DNA from: Gammaproteobacteria bacterium
Lineage (GTDB): Bacteria > Pseudomonadota > Gammaproteobacteria > SZUA-229
Direction of reading: 5' to 3'
Assembly (NCBI GenBank): GCA_029881035.1
Contig: JAOUNI010000004.1
Coordinates: forward strand, 7,924 to 71,923
DNA length: 64,000 bases
Positions 10,699 to 20,390 of this stretch are shown one piece after another (positions within the stretch are counted from its first letter, which is position 1; each line of letters starts with the position of its first letter). Below the pieces are notes generated by a model. It did no database searches and was not told where the DNA came from. It saw only the letters and a program-made list of their open reading frames with translations. A program made the translations under genes and the position numbers.

Positions 10699-11088
10699 AT
10701 GAGAAGTATAAAAGCCATTGCTGCAGGTAGTTTATTTATTATTATTATTATTCTGTTAATGCAGCTGGCTTATATTTTTATAGCGGTAGCTTATAATGCC
10801 CTGGCAAAAGACTACCCATTGTTAAATGATATTGCGGGCTCATTTAGATACCTTATTGGCATACCAATATTTATGGTGATTATGTTTTTCGGCGGTTACA
10901 TTACCGCCGATATTGCTAGAGAAAAAGTACTGCTGCATTGTTTTGTTGTGGGTTTAATTACGGTTAGCGGTATGGTTATTCCAACACTGGAAAATGCAAA
11001 TATAACCTTGATGGGCTTCATGGTGTTTGTGCTTTCAATAGTGGCAACGACGTTTGGTGGTTGGTATTGGCAAAGAAGTAATAAATGA
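10699..11088 (+). CDS. Hypothetical small membrane protein (3-4 predicted TM helices)
   Basis: 129-aa ORF that is strongly hydrophobic. No motif recognised. Confidence 0.4.
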   Translation: MRSIKAIAAGSLFIIIIILLMQLAYIFIAVAYNALAKDYPLLNDIAGSFRYLIGIPIFMVIMFFGGYITADIAREKVLLHCFVVGLITVSGMVIPTLENANITLMGFMVFVLSIVATTFGGWYWQRSNK

Positions 11089-11128
11089 AAGGACGGGTAA
11101 TGCCGGGACTAAGGGAGTGTGTGAGAAA

Positions 11129-11440
11129 TCAATAATGAACAGCTAGCCAGATTGTTTCAATATTTGGCGCAGTCCATTCGACTTGGTGTTTTTTGTGCGC
11201 AGAAATATTAATAAAATCACCTGCTTTCAGTTTAATAGAGGGCTCATCTGCAAATGATAGTATCGCTTCGCCCTGTAAAACAATAACCCATTCGTTGTTG
11301 TTCTGATCGTACCAGCCAGAGTCAGTGGAATGATGGCCTTTTGAGATAATGCGCTCAATTCGTACGCCATTACCTTCAGCAAGTCGTTCAAATACTTCCG
11401 CTTCAAGATTTTCGGGAATAGCATCGAATATATTATTCAT
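11129..11440 (-). CDS. Cupin-domain protein
   Basis: 103 aa with a two-His cupin-like block (KGHHSTDSGW ... SAHKKHQVEW). Confidence 0.5.
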   Translation of the reverse strand: MNNIFDAIPENLEAEVFERLAEGNGVRIERIISKGHHSTDSGWYDQNNNEWVIVLQGEAILSFADEPSIKLKAGDFINISAHKKHQVEWTAPNIETIWLAVHY

Positions 11441-11499
11441 AAGATTTCAGCACTTTATGATTCTGGATTATAGAAAAGGCGCGTTTCTATAAATGTGAT

Positions 11500-11976
11500 T
11501 TATTTCTGTACTGCTTCTATACCTTCATCGATTGCTTTAATGACTAAAGTGGTCAGTTCACGTGCTACTGGTTCAGCATCGCTACCAATCGCAATTGAGT
11601 CTGGCCGTACAAAGTTGATAGAGGTCTGGCCATTACGCTGAATTAGTGTGATATGTAACGGGCACAGCGCAGTCATGCGCACATCTTTGTTGCTGATCTC
11701 ATTTGCATACCATGCATTACAGAAGACCATCGATTTAATATGATCAAGTTTGTTACGGTTATAATTGTCGCCCCAGCGTTCTGTAAAATTAGCTAGATTA
11801 GAACCAATGTCTGGTTGAAAGACAACAAACAGTCGGTTGTTTTCTAGCGAATCGTGTACATTTTGGTAAATTGTATCGAAATCGCCTTGAACCGATGCGG
11901 TATATACCGGTGAGTCAGCATAGATCTCAAAGTTAAAAAAGAGCGCAACAATGAAAGCGAATAAAAATTTGTGCAT
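11500..11976 (-). CDS. Hypothetical secreted protein
   Basis: 158 aa with an N-terminal signal-peptide-like segment (MHKFLFAFIVALFFNFEIYA). Confidence 0.4.
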   Translation of the reverse strand: MHKFLFAFIVALFFNFEIYADSPVYTASVQGDFDTIYQNVHDSLENNRLFVVFQPDIGSNLANFTERWGDNYNRNKLDHIKSMVFCNAWYANEISNKDVRMTALCPLHITLIQRNGQTSINFVRPDSIAIGSDAEPVARELTTLVIKAIDEGIEAVQK

Positions 11977-12010
11977 GTGGCCTGCCTGATTTGAATATAG
12001 TCAGTCCAGT

Positions 12011-12592
12011 TTATCGATACTGTTGTAGCGTTGACATGAAATACTGGCGGTAATACATGGCGGCACTGAGGCCGTTGGCGGTGATGTCAATAATTTTCCA
12101 GTTTTTACCCTGTAGCTTCATACGAAAATCCAGTCGATCAGGCATCTGTTTTGTGCCAATAAGCATCATGGAAACATTAGCTTCGTCGCGTCCGCGATAT
12201 TGTGCACGCTTGAGGTTCGCGCGGATTGAGCTGGCATTATAGTTGCCAAGATGTGTACTTAGACTGTTGAGAAAAGTTTTTTTGACAGAGTTTTCCAGTT
12301 CTTTCATGTTTTCGGCGTTCATGCGTCGTGCATAGGGGCCTGCTATCCAGTAAGTCATCTGGTCGAAAGCAAAGTGAGGAATGATCTCGTTTTCAATAAA
12401 TCCGCGTAGTAATTCTGGATTAGTATTTTTTTTGTTGGTACTGAAAGCCTGGAGTTTTTCTAAAGCGCTCTGGATAGTTTGTAGTGGGCTTTCGATGGTC
12501 TGTTTTGGTGGAGCGTAGTAGCCATTAAAGGCCTGTACAGAACTGGTCATGGTTAGTAACAGAACAAATAACAGAGATAAATGACGTTTCAT
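12011..12592 (-). CDS. MlaC/Ttg2D-family periplasmic lipid-binding protein (orphan, not in an mla operon)
   Basis: Signal peptide is present. The C-terminal block LDFRMKLQGKNWKIIDITANGLSAAMYYRQ parallels the MlaC block LDFQWRK..NWQAYDMIAEGVSM. Length is ~190 aa, similar to MlaC. Confidence 0.5.
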   Translation of the reverse strand: MKRHLSLLFVLLLTMTSSVQAFNGYYAPPKQTIESPLQTIQSALEKLQAFSTNKKNTNPELLRGFIENEIIPHFAFDQMTYWIAGPYARRMNAENMKELENSVKKTFLNSLSTHLGNYNASSIRANLKRAQYRGRDEANVSMMLIGTKQMPDRLDFRMKLQGKNWKIIDITANGLSAAMYYRQYFMSTLQQYR

Positions 12593-12787
12593 AAAGATTC
12601 TCCTTGTGTGGTTGTAACGGGATGAATGCAGATGGCCTCTATTTAGTGTGTTTTGAGCCGTGTGCTAATCATAACAGGAAAGAAAGGACCAGCAATAGCA
12701 CTACAGTATGACTAATTGGTATTGTCTAAAGCCAGGCATGCATTGGTTTAGATTATGCATTTGTAGGAAGTAAAAATGAGCGACTTA

Positions 12788-13186
12788 TTAAGTGCTCTTC
12801 TGGAGCCACTGAATGGCTTCATTTTCTTTTGTGAATATACTTATGTGCTTACAGCTATTTTGTGACAGAGATCTGTATACTTTATACATTCTGGCAAGAA
12901 AATAAGCCTTATTTGAGCCAACGACAATGGCTAGTTTGCGGCCGATTTCATTGTGGTCGGTGCTGGACGCTATTTTTCCAATATTTATTAAGCCATTCGT
13001 GGTTAGTTTAATATTGGTTATTTCTTTCAGGTTAACTAATTCGTTGTAGTTAATATAATCAGGATGGTACTGGATATCATCCTGGTATTTTTTTAGGGCT
13101 TCAATAAAATCGATATCCTGAGCTTCGCCTTGCCATGTAGTGATGATCAGTCTGGCATCATTATCTATATGATGTTGAGCAGGCAT
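12788..13186 (-). CDS. Hypothetical protein
   Basis: 132-aa ORF. No motif recognised. Confidence 0.35.
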   Translation of the reverse strand: MPAQHHIDNDARLIITTWQGEAQDIDFIEALKKYQDDIQYHPDYINYNELVNLKEITNIKLTTNGLINIGKIASSTDHNEIGRKLAIVVGSNKAYFLARMYKVYRSLSQNSCKHISIFTKENEAIQWLQKST

Positions 13187-13253
13187 GGCGTGTCTGGAAT
13201 ATATAAAGTTTAATTAATATAGGATAAAAAATGCAGTCCTGATTGCCTTTTAT

Positions 13254-14453
13254 TTATAACGCTTCAGTATCGGGATCAAAAATGTCTTCAACAACCACGA
13301 CCTTAGGTTTTGGGTAATAGTTAAATTCGGTCGCTGATGCAATGGTGTATGCGCCCATTTTTTTGCCAACAAGAATGTCTCCAATCTGTAGATCGGGTAA
13401 CTCTATATCTTCTGCGACTACATCAATGCTGTCACAGGTGGGCCCGGCTAATACACTGGACAAGAATTCACCGGTGGGATCAAAGGGCTTCAATGGTGCT
13501 AGTGGGTAGGTAGCATGATCAAACATCTGGCCACTAAATCCCCCATAAACACCATCATCAAGGTAGTACCAGGTTTTTGCACCACGTTTTGCCTTACCAA
13601 CAATAGAGACAACCTCAATCATTGAGGGGGCAGAGATAAAACGACCGGGCTCAGCAAAAACTTCGATGCCTTCGGGTAATTCAGCTAATGCTTCCAGCAA
13701 TGGCGCGCAAAAGTCGTCAATAGGTAATACTGCTTCCTGATAAGAAACAGGAAAGCTGCCGCCAATATCCAGAAACTTCCATTTGACGCTGTTCATTACT
13801 TTCATCGCAGCAATACTGGCGCGAATTGCATTTGCCTGTGTCATTGGTGATAAAGATTGTGAGCCAACATGGAAGGACAGGCCTATCACTTCAATATTAT
13901 TTTGCTGAGCAAATTCAACCAGTAATGGCAATTCTTCCAGCGCACAACCAAATTTACGTGATAAATCGACAACGGCCTGTTTGCTGCGGAAGCTTACCCT
14001 AATAATAATTTCCGCCTGTCCGGCATAAGGGATAAATTTTTTAAGTTCATCCATGTTATCAACAACCATGCGGTTGCAGCCGAATTCCAGCGCACGCTTA
14101 ATTTCTTTGTCTTTTTTAATGGGATGGGTATGAATGCACTGATCACCGGTAATGCCGAGTGATTCAACCAGTTCTACTTCACCAATCGTCGCCAGATCAA
14201 AATTACTGCCCAGAGATTTTAGGCGTTTGATTAATGATGGATGCGATAATGATTTTAAAGCATAAAACAGTTTTACCCCTGGCAAGGCGGCTTGCAGCAA
14301 CTTATATTGATAATCAACTTCACTTAAATCGAGCACCATGAAAGGTGTTTCGTGTTTTTCCACCAGCTCTTCTAAACTGGCACGGTCAAACTCTTCCAGC
14401 ACATCGGGATGTGACTCTTCGGCAAAACGTTCAACAATAGTTTGCTTGACCAT
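13254..14453 (-). CDS. Fold-type-III PLP-dependent decarboxylase (ornithine/lysine decarboxylase-like). The probable start is 14453; the ORF track extends it to 14522.
   Basis: The architecture is ODC/DapDC-like (alanine-racemase-like barrel), with LFYALKSLSHPSLI containing the PLP-binding Lys, HVGSQ, and the C-terminal GAYT motif. An internal ATG at 14451-14453 is preceded by GGGAGA, whereas the track start at 14522 has no RBS. Confidence 0.75.
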   Translation of the reverse strand: MVKQTIVERFAEESHPDVLEEFDRASLEELVEKHETPFMVLDLSEVDYQYKLLQAALPGVKLFYALKSLSHPSLIKRLKSLGSNFDLATIGEVELVESLGITGDQCIHTHPIKKDKEIKRALEFGCNRMVVDNMDELKKFIPYAGQAEIIIRVSFRSKQAVVDLSRKFGCALEELPLLVEFAQQNNIEVIGLSFHVGSQSLSPMTQANAIRASIAAMKVMNSVKWKFLDIGGSFPVSYQEAVLPIDDFCAPLLEALAELPEGIEVFAEPGRFISAPSMIEVVSIVGKAKRGAKTWYYLDDGVYGGFSGQMFDHATYPLAPLKPFDPTGEFLSSVLAGPTCDSIDVVAEDIELPDLQIGDILVGKKMGAYTIASATEFNYYPKPKVVVVEDIFDPDTEAL

Positions 14454-14704
14454 TATTCTGTGTCTCCCAGAATAGATTGCGGCAGGTGAAAACAGGCCTG
14501 ATGCAGTGGTGTGTAAAAACACGTTTATTATACTGATTAATGTTAAACGTGACTCAAGGTTGTGAGTGGCGCATTATTGCTAATATTCTGGATAATGTCT
14601 AACGGAAATATCAGGGATAAATTGATATTATCAATGGGACAAAACTTAAGGATAAGAGCTAGATAGATGGGCAGAGAGCTAGCCGCTCCCCACCCATAGA
14701 ATCA

Positions 14705-15781
14705 TTATTTAATCTTGATCTCGGTCCACAGCTTGTTCAACAGGCGGCGCTGTTTGGCATCGCTGGCTTCGATGGTTTCCAGGGTAGCCAGCGTGGCGGC
14801 ATCGGGGAAAATGGCCTTCTGCTGTTTGATGGTCGCATCAATAAATTCAGCCGCCGCCGCATTCGGATTACCGGCGCCGATTTCGTTGGTCAGGGCCGCC
14901 GCATTTTTGCCGTCGAGCATGAAGTTGATGAACTGATGTGCCAGCTTTTTGTTTTTGGCATCTTTCGGAATCACCATGTTGTCCAGCGCCAGTACCGCGC
15001 CCTGTTTCGGCAGTACGAAGTTGACATTGAAGTCACGGTCAGCGGCATCGGCATCGGCACGTGCCTGCACCATGTCGCTGGAGTAACCATGCGCGACCCA
15101 GATGTTGCCGACGGTCAGCTCCTTAATATAGCTGGATGAATTGAACGCTGCCCAGTAAGGTTTGGCGGCCATGATCACCTGCTGTGCTTCGCGCAGGTGT
15201 TTTTCATCGCGGTCATTGACCGAGTAGCCGAGGTATTTCAGCGCCGCACCGAACAGTTCTTCGGCATCGTCCATGACCGTGACCTTGCCTTTGAGTTTCT
15301 CCAGCACTTTGGGATCAAAGATCACCGACCAGTCGTCCGGGCTGATGCCCAGCTTCGCCAGTTGCTGTTCGTTATAGCCGACCAGCGTGGTGGTGAAAGC
15401 GTAAGGCACCGAGTAGGTGTTGGCCGGATCATAACTGCGGTTGAGGAAGCCGGGATCGCTGTTTTTGAAGTTAGGCAGCTGGTTCTTATCGAGCGACAGT
15501 AAAAATTTCTGCTTGATCAGTGCCTGTACCGCATTCTGTGTCGGCACGACCACGTCGTAACCACTGGCACCGGCCAGCAACTTGGCCATCATCTCTTCGG
15601 TGCTGGAATAGTAGTCCTGCACCAGCTGGCAGTTGCAGCTTTTTTCGAAAGCGGCGACGGTGTCCTGTGCAATGTAATCGTTCCAGTTGAACAGGTGTAA
15701 CTGCGTAGCAGCCGTCGCCAGCGGTGTTACAGCCATAAACACGATAGAAGCCAGTAGTCTTTTCATCAATAGAGTCCTCAA
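14705..15781 (-). CDS. potF: Putrescine/spermidine ABC transporter periplasmic binding protein
   Basis: 358 aa with a signal peptide. It has PotD/PotF-type motifs and sits in a conserved operon with the permease and ATPase genes downstream. Confidence 0.85.
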   Translation of the reverse strand: MRTLLMKRLLASIVFMAVTPLATAATQLHLFNWNDYIAQDTVAAFEKSCNCQLVQDYYSSTEEMMAKLLAGASGYDVVVPTQNAVQALIKQKFLLSLDKNQLPNFKNSDPGFLNRSYDPANTYSVPYAFTTTLVGYNEQQLAKLGISPDDWSVIFDPKVLEKLKGKVTVMDDAEELFGAALKYLGYSVNDRDEKHLREAQQVIMAAKPYWAAFNSSSYIKELTVGNIWVAHGYSSDMVQARADADAADRDFNVNFVLPKQGAVLALDNMVIPKDAKNKKLAHQFINFMLDGKNAAALTNEIGAGNPNAAAAEFIDATIKQQKAIFPDAATLATLETIEASDAKQRRLLNKLWTEIKIK

Positions 15782-15792
15782 CAGGGCAAAAT

Positions 15793-16563
15793 TTAACTAC
15801 GCAAGGCGCCGGGGGAAAGCCGTGCGACCAGCGTAATCAGTATCAGGGTTAACAACATTAACAGGGTAGATATTGCATTAACCTCCGGGGTGACTGCAAT
15901 CTTCACCATCGAATATATTTGCAGCGGCAGGGTCGAGCTGCCGACGCCGGCGACGAAGAAGGTAATGACGAAATCGTCAATCGACAGGGTGAAGGCCATC
16001 AGCGCGCCGGCGATAATGCCCGGTGCCAGCAGGGGCAGGGTGATTTTTCGGAAACACTGCCACGGCGTCGCGCCCAGATCGCGCGCCGCCTCGGTCAGCG
16101 AGCGGTCGATGCTCGACATGCGTGCCTGCACCGACAGCGCAACGAAGCCGATGCAGAAAGTAATGTGCGCCAGCGTGATTGAAATCAGTCCCAGGCTCAT
16201 ATTAAGCATGATGAAAAACAGCAGCAGGCTCACGCCCATTAGAATGTCGGGCATGGCGATCGGTGCCAGCACCAGACCTGGTAATACCTTTAATCGATAT
16301 TTGTACATAGCCATGCCCGCGAGCGTGCCCAGTACGGTGGCGATCATGGCACTGCTGGTAGCAATGATTAGCGAATTGCCCGCTGCGGTCAGCATCTCAC
16401 GGTTGTGGAACAGCTTGTCGTACCACTTGAAGGTGAAGCCGACCCATTCGGCATTGAGCTTCGAGTCGTTGAACGAGTAAATGACAACAATCAGCAGTGG
16501 CAGATAAAGGAAAGCATAAACGGCCAGCGCGGAAAGTTTGAGCGCGCGATTTTTCTGGCTCAT
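15793..16563 (-). CDS. potI: Polyamine ABC transporter permease
   Basis: 256 aa, 6 TM helices, with the EAA-like loop of an ABC permease. Confidence 0.8.
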   Translation of the reverse strand: MSQKNRALKLSALAVYAFLYLPLLIVVIYSFNDSKLNAEWVGFTFKWYDKLFHNREMLTAAGNSLIIATSSAMIATVLGTLAGMAMYKYRLKVLPGLVLAPIAMPDILMGVSLLLFFIMLNMSLGLISITLAHITFCIGFVALSVQARMSSIDRSLTEAARDLGATPWQCFRKITLPLLAPGIIAGALMAFTLSIDDFVITFFVAGVGSSTLPLQIYSMVKIAVTPEVNAISTLLMLLTLILITLVARLSPGALRS

Positions 16564-17456
16564 CGCGTCTGCCCCGCCTGTTGGCCGAACTTCGCCCCCA
16601 GCAACACCGCCAGTACGGCGGCGACGGTGAGTACCATCGACAGCACACTGCCAAAGGGCCAGTCACGCGATTCGACAAACTGCTGTTTGATGACGTTGGC
16701 GATCATGATGCCGTCGGTGCCACCGAGCAGGTCGGGAATGGCGAACATGCCCAGCACCGGGATAAAGACCAGGATCGAGCCGGCATACACCCCCGGCAGC
16801 GAGATCGGCCAGGTGATCTTCCAGAACCGGCGCCAGCGGGTCGCGCCCAGGTCCTGCGCGGCATCGAGCAGGGCCGGGTCGTGTTTTTCCAGATTGGCAT
16901 AGAGCGGCAGCACCATAAACGGCAGGTGTACATACACCAGGCAGACGATGACCGCGGTGGGGCTGTACATCAGGCTGATCGGTGCCAGGCCGAATATGTC
17001 GAGCAGCGAATTGATCATATGGGTGAGCGCGCCGCTGGGGCTGAAGATAATCATCCAGGCGTAGATGCGCACCAGAAAGTTGCTCCAGAACGGCAGAATC
17101 ACAAGCAACAGCAACAGGTCGCGGTGTTTGCGCGGGCTGCGGGCAATCATCAGCGCCAGCGGATAGCCGAGCAGGATACAGAGCAGGGTGGTGAGCACCG
17201 CATAACCGATGGATTTTGCAAACAGCCGCAGGTAGATATCGGTTTCAAACAGGCGTTGCCAGTTTTCAAGCGTTAGATCGAACGCCAGCTTGCCTTCCTC
17301 GTAGGAATACCACGGCGCCAGGCCGCCATATTCTCCGGCGTAACGAAACGAAGCGAACAGCATGATCACCGTCGGCACCGCGAAGAAGATCAGCAGGTAG
17401 CTCATCGGCGGCAGGGTGAGCAGGCGTTGCTGCCAGTGTTTCGTCTGCATCAGCAA
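16560..17456 (-). CDS. potH: Polyamine ABC transporter permease
   Basis: 298 aa. ABC permease with ALLDAAQDLGATRWRRFWKITWP (EAA motif). Its start overlaps potI by 4 nt. Confidence 0.8.
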   Translation of the reverse strand: MLMQTKHWQQRLLTLPPMSYLLIFFAVPTVIMLFASFRYAGEYGGLAPWYSYEEGKLAFDLTLENWQRLFETDIYLRLFAKSIGYAVLTTLLCILLGYPLALMIARSPRKHRDLLLLLVILPFWSNFLVRIYAWMIIFSPSGALTHMINSLLDIFGLAPISLMYSPTAVIVCLVYVHLPFMVLPLYANLEKHDPALLDAAQDLGATRWRRFWKITWPISLPGVYAGSILVFIPVLGMFAIPDLLGGTDGIMIANVIKQQFVESRDWPFGSVLSMVLTVAAVLAVLLGAKFGQQAGQTR

Positions 17457-18542
17457 CTAGTCCATCACCAGATGGCCGGCCTCAAAGCCCCAGGCTACTT
17501 CGACCTGGTCGCCGACCTCAAAGAAACGCGCCCGGCCGGCAGAGGAGTTGGCCAGCAAAGCTTCCACCAGCATGCCGTTGGCCAGCTCGACTTTGTACAC
17601 CGTGACATCGCCCAGATAGAGCATGTCGTGCACTACACCTTTTAAATGCACCTCGCCCTCGTCCTGAGTGAGCGTGCTGGAAATGCGAATTTTTTCCGGT
17701 CGTAGCGTCAGCGTGCAGGCCATGCCGGCTTCGATCGTGGCATTGGGTGGTATCACGGTTTGTACCGGTCCCAGACCTTTGAGCTCAACCCTTACCCGGT
17801 CATTCTGGATCTGCTCAACGGTGCCCGCCAGCAGATTGCACTGGCCGATAAAGTCAGCGACAAAGCGGCTGTTGGGGTAACTGTACAGGCGCGAAGGCTC
17901 ATCAATCTGGGCGATAGTGCCATGGTTCATCACTGCAATCCGGTGCGACAGCGCGAGCGCCTCGCCCTGATCGTGGGTGACGTAAATGAAGGTAATGCCA
18001 ATTTCCTGCTGTAGCTTGATCAGCTCCAGTTGCATCTGCTCGCGCAGCTTGGCGTCCAGCGCCGACAGCGGTTCATCAAGCAGCAACAGGCGCGGTCGAT
18101 TGACCAGCGCGCGGGCGATAGCGATACGCTGTTTCTGTCCGCCCGACAAAGCCTCTGGATAATGTTTGCCCTTGTCCGGCAGGCTGACATCTTCTAGCGC
18201 CTCGGCAACACGCTGATCGATTTCATCAGGCTTGCAGCCGACCATGCGTAGTGGAAAGGCAATGTTGTCGGCCACCGTCATATGCGGGAACAGCGCGTAG
18301 TTCTGGAAGATGGTGTGCAGCGGCCGCCGCTCCGGCGGTGTGGCGATGATGCTTTTACCGTCGAGAAGAATATCGCCGCCATCGGGCTGATCAAAGCCGG
18401 CAATAAGTCGTAGCAGCGTGGTTTTACCGCAGCCGGAAGGGCCTAACAGGGTGAAGAATTCGCCCGCTTCAATGCTCAGGCTGACCTTGTCCAGCGCCGT
18501 GAAGCTGTCAAAATTACGCGTAATTTCTTTGATTTCTAGCAA
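17457..18542 (-). CDS. potG: Polyamine ABC transporter ATP-binding protein
   Basis: Walker A GPSGCGKTT, ABC signature LSGGQKQR, Walker B LLLLDEP, and a C-terminal TOBE-like domain. Confidence 0.85.
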   Translation of the reverse strand: MLEIKEITRNFDSFTALDKVSLSIEAGEFFTLLGPSGCGKTTLLRLIAGFDQPDGGDILLDGKSIIATPPERRPLHTIFQNYALFPHMTVADNIAFPLRMVGCKPDEIDQRVAEALEDVSLPDKGKHYPEALSGGQKQRIAIARALVNRPRLLLLDEPLSALDAKLREQMQLELIKLQQEIGITFIYVTHDQGEALALSHRIAVMNHGTIAQIDEPSRLYSYPNSRFVADFIGQCNLLAGTVEQIQNDRVRVELKGLGPVQTVIPPNATIEAGMACTLTLRPEKIRISSTLTQDEGEVHLKGVVHDMLYLGDVTVYKVELANGMLVEALLANSSAGRARFFEVGDQVEVAWGFEAGHLVMD

Positions 18543-19437
18543 CTGAAATGCATCTCCAGAGTTGCGGTTGTCGATTGAGTATCTGCCAATTTCAGGCTAA
18601 GTGAAAGTGCCCTGAAAATTTTGCGTATTTTTCATCCTCAGTCGCCTGCGGTCAATGGGAATTTTGTGATAGATAATAAGGATATATATGGTGATCGGGA
18701 AGGATTTATTTTAGAGAAGCTTTATAAATTTCGGCCAGATGAGGCCGGTTGTTCAGTGTTAGTTGGAACAGCTGTTGGTTGATTTTTAACCATCCGAGAA
18801 TCGGCCTTGTGTATCTCGTGAGTCTGTCGGTGTTATGGGTGAATATTTTATAAATCGTCGATGTTGCTTACATAAGTTTGAATATATAAAGCAAACGTTA
18901 TTTTTGTGTAAAAAATATCGACATAAAATAAGGCTATTTACGCTAAATACGCCATTAAATGTCGATAATATTTACATAGGTTTAATTTTAGTAAATAAGA
19001 TTATGATCCAGGTTCTCTATAAGTTGTTGTTTTTGTTGTATTTTGAAGATTATATGGGATGTTGGCATGAAACTGGCATTGTTACTAGGGTCTAAAATAG
19101 TCAATGAGCAATATTCTGTTTTTGAGGTAGTGATTTGGTTTCATAAATTGCTAGTGGATACAAAAAAATTAAAGGAGATTTTAAATGCAACACTCAAAAA
19201 AATCGGTAGATGATAATTTCAGGAAGCTTATGACGGCGGTCATTGTTTTATCATTGCTAGTATTTGCGTTGTTTGGTTTTGCGCCATCAGCTTAAATAGT
19301 TCTATTTCAATGATGAGAACTATGTTTAGTTCCAACTAAATCGGTAAATCAAGGCTTATGACCTTGGATATGCTATAACTAAGTCCAGCTTTATCTGATT
19401 AAGTAATTATCCCGGATGTGGTCGGGAGCCCAAACCA

Positions 19438-20325
19438 ATGCTCGATGTCTACAAAACTTTTTATAATTTCAAAGAACAGCCATTCAGGTTAAGTCCGGAC
19501 TGTCGTTTTTGTTTTAGTCACCCGAGCTATGCAAATGCCAAATCGTATTTGAAATATGCCATTTTAGAAGGTGAAGGTTTTGTTGCAATAACGGGTGAAC
19601 CAGGTACAGGTAAAACTACACTGATAGCTACATTACTGGCAGAGCTTGATAAAGGGCGCGTTCAGGTGGCAACCCTGGCGAATGTGCAGGTTAATTCTGT
19701 TAATCTTTTGAGTATGGTACTAGAGGAATTTGGGCTGCAGCCAGGTGATCATAGCCAAACGAATCCTCTATCAACATTGAAACAGTTTTTGATTCAACAA
19801 TATAAAAATGGTCGACGCTGTATTTTAATTGTTGATGAAGCACAAGGCTTATCAGTCGATTCTTTGGAAGAGCTAAGATTAATCTCCAATCTCCAGCATA
19901 ATAATAGTTTATTGTTACAGGTGTTCCTTGTTGGGCAGGAACCTTTAATGGACATAATTCGCACCCCAGGTCTAGAGCAGCTGCATCAGCGCTTTATAGC
20001 TACGTCGCACCTTGAAGCACTTGGGTTAGCAGAAACAGGGGACTACATAGAGCATAGATTACGTAAGGTGGGCTGGGATAATGACCCTGTTCTCACTGAA
20101 GAAGCGATGAATCTTATTTATAAATTCAGTGGCGGTATACCTCGCCGAATTAATTTAATTTGTCATCGATTGTTTTTGCATGGTGGTTTAAAACAAAAGC
20201 ATAAGTTAGTCGGTGCAGATGTTTTGCATATTGTGGTTGAGTTGCATAAGGAAGGATTGCTGGCACCGAGAATGCGCGAAGAATTCGGTGATTATGTAGG
20301 TAATTTAAAATTCATATCCAGTTAG
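19438..20325 (+). CDS. XrtA/PEP-CTERM system-associated AAA ATPase (GspA/ExeA-like)
   Basis: N-terminal FxxQPF motif (FKEQPFRL) followed by Walker A GEPGTGKTT, in the ExeA-like architecture. It is the first gene of the exosortase locus. Confidence 0.75.
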   Translation: MLDVYKTFYNFKEQPFRLSPDCRFCFSHPSYANAKSYLKYAILEGEGFVAITGEPGTGKTTLIATLLAELDKGRVQVATLANVQVNSVNLLSMVLEEFGLQPGDHSQTNPLSTLKQFLIQQYKNGRRCILIVDEAQGLSVDSLEELRLISNLQHNNSLLLQVFLVGQEPLMDIIRTPGLEQLHQRFIATSHLEALGLAETGDYIEHRLRKVGWDNDPVLTEEAMNLIYKFSGGIPRRINLICHRLFLHGGLKQKHKLVGADVLHIVVELHKEGLLAPRMREEFGDYVGNLKFISS

Positions 20326-20390
20326 TGCAATAACGTCTGTATAGGCTGAGCTCAGCGATAGTTGAATAAGATAGAGCGCCTCGCAGAGTA

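Noticed and set aside
15890-17276. Several long plus-strand ORFs (196, 87, 165 and 231 aa) antisense to potI/potH
   Set aside because: These are artefacts of high GC content (stop-codon depletion). Their translations are Arg/Ala/Gly-rich low-complexity, and the minus-strand pot permeases are well supported.
18835-19095. 86-aa ORF in the AT-rich intergenic region
   Set aside because: The translation is dominated by I/L/K/Y from AT-rich DNA. It has no RBS and no conserved-looking features.
19186-19295. Possible small membrane peptide downstream of an AAAGGAG Shine-Dalgarno
   Set aside because: On careful recount the ATG at 19186 hits TAG after 7 codons. Only a 21-aa ORF from the ATG at 19230 remains, which is too short and unsupported to call.
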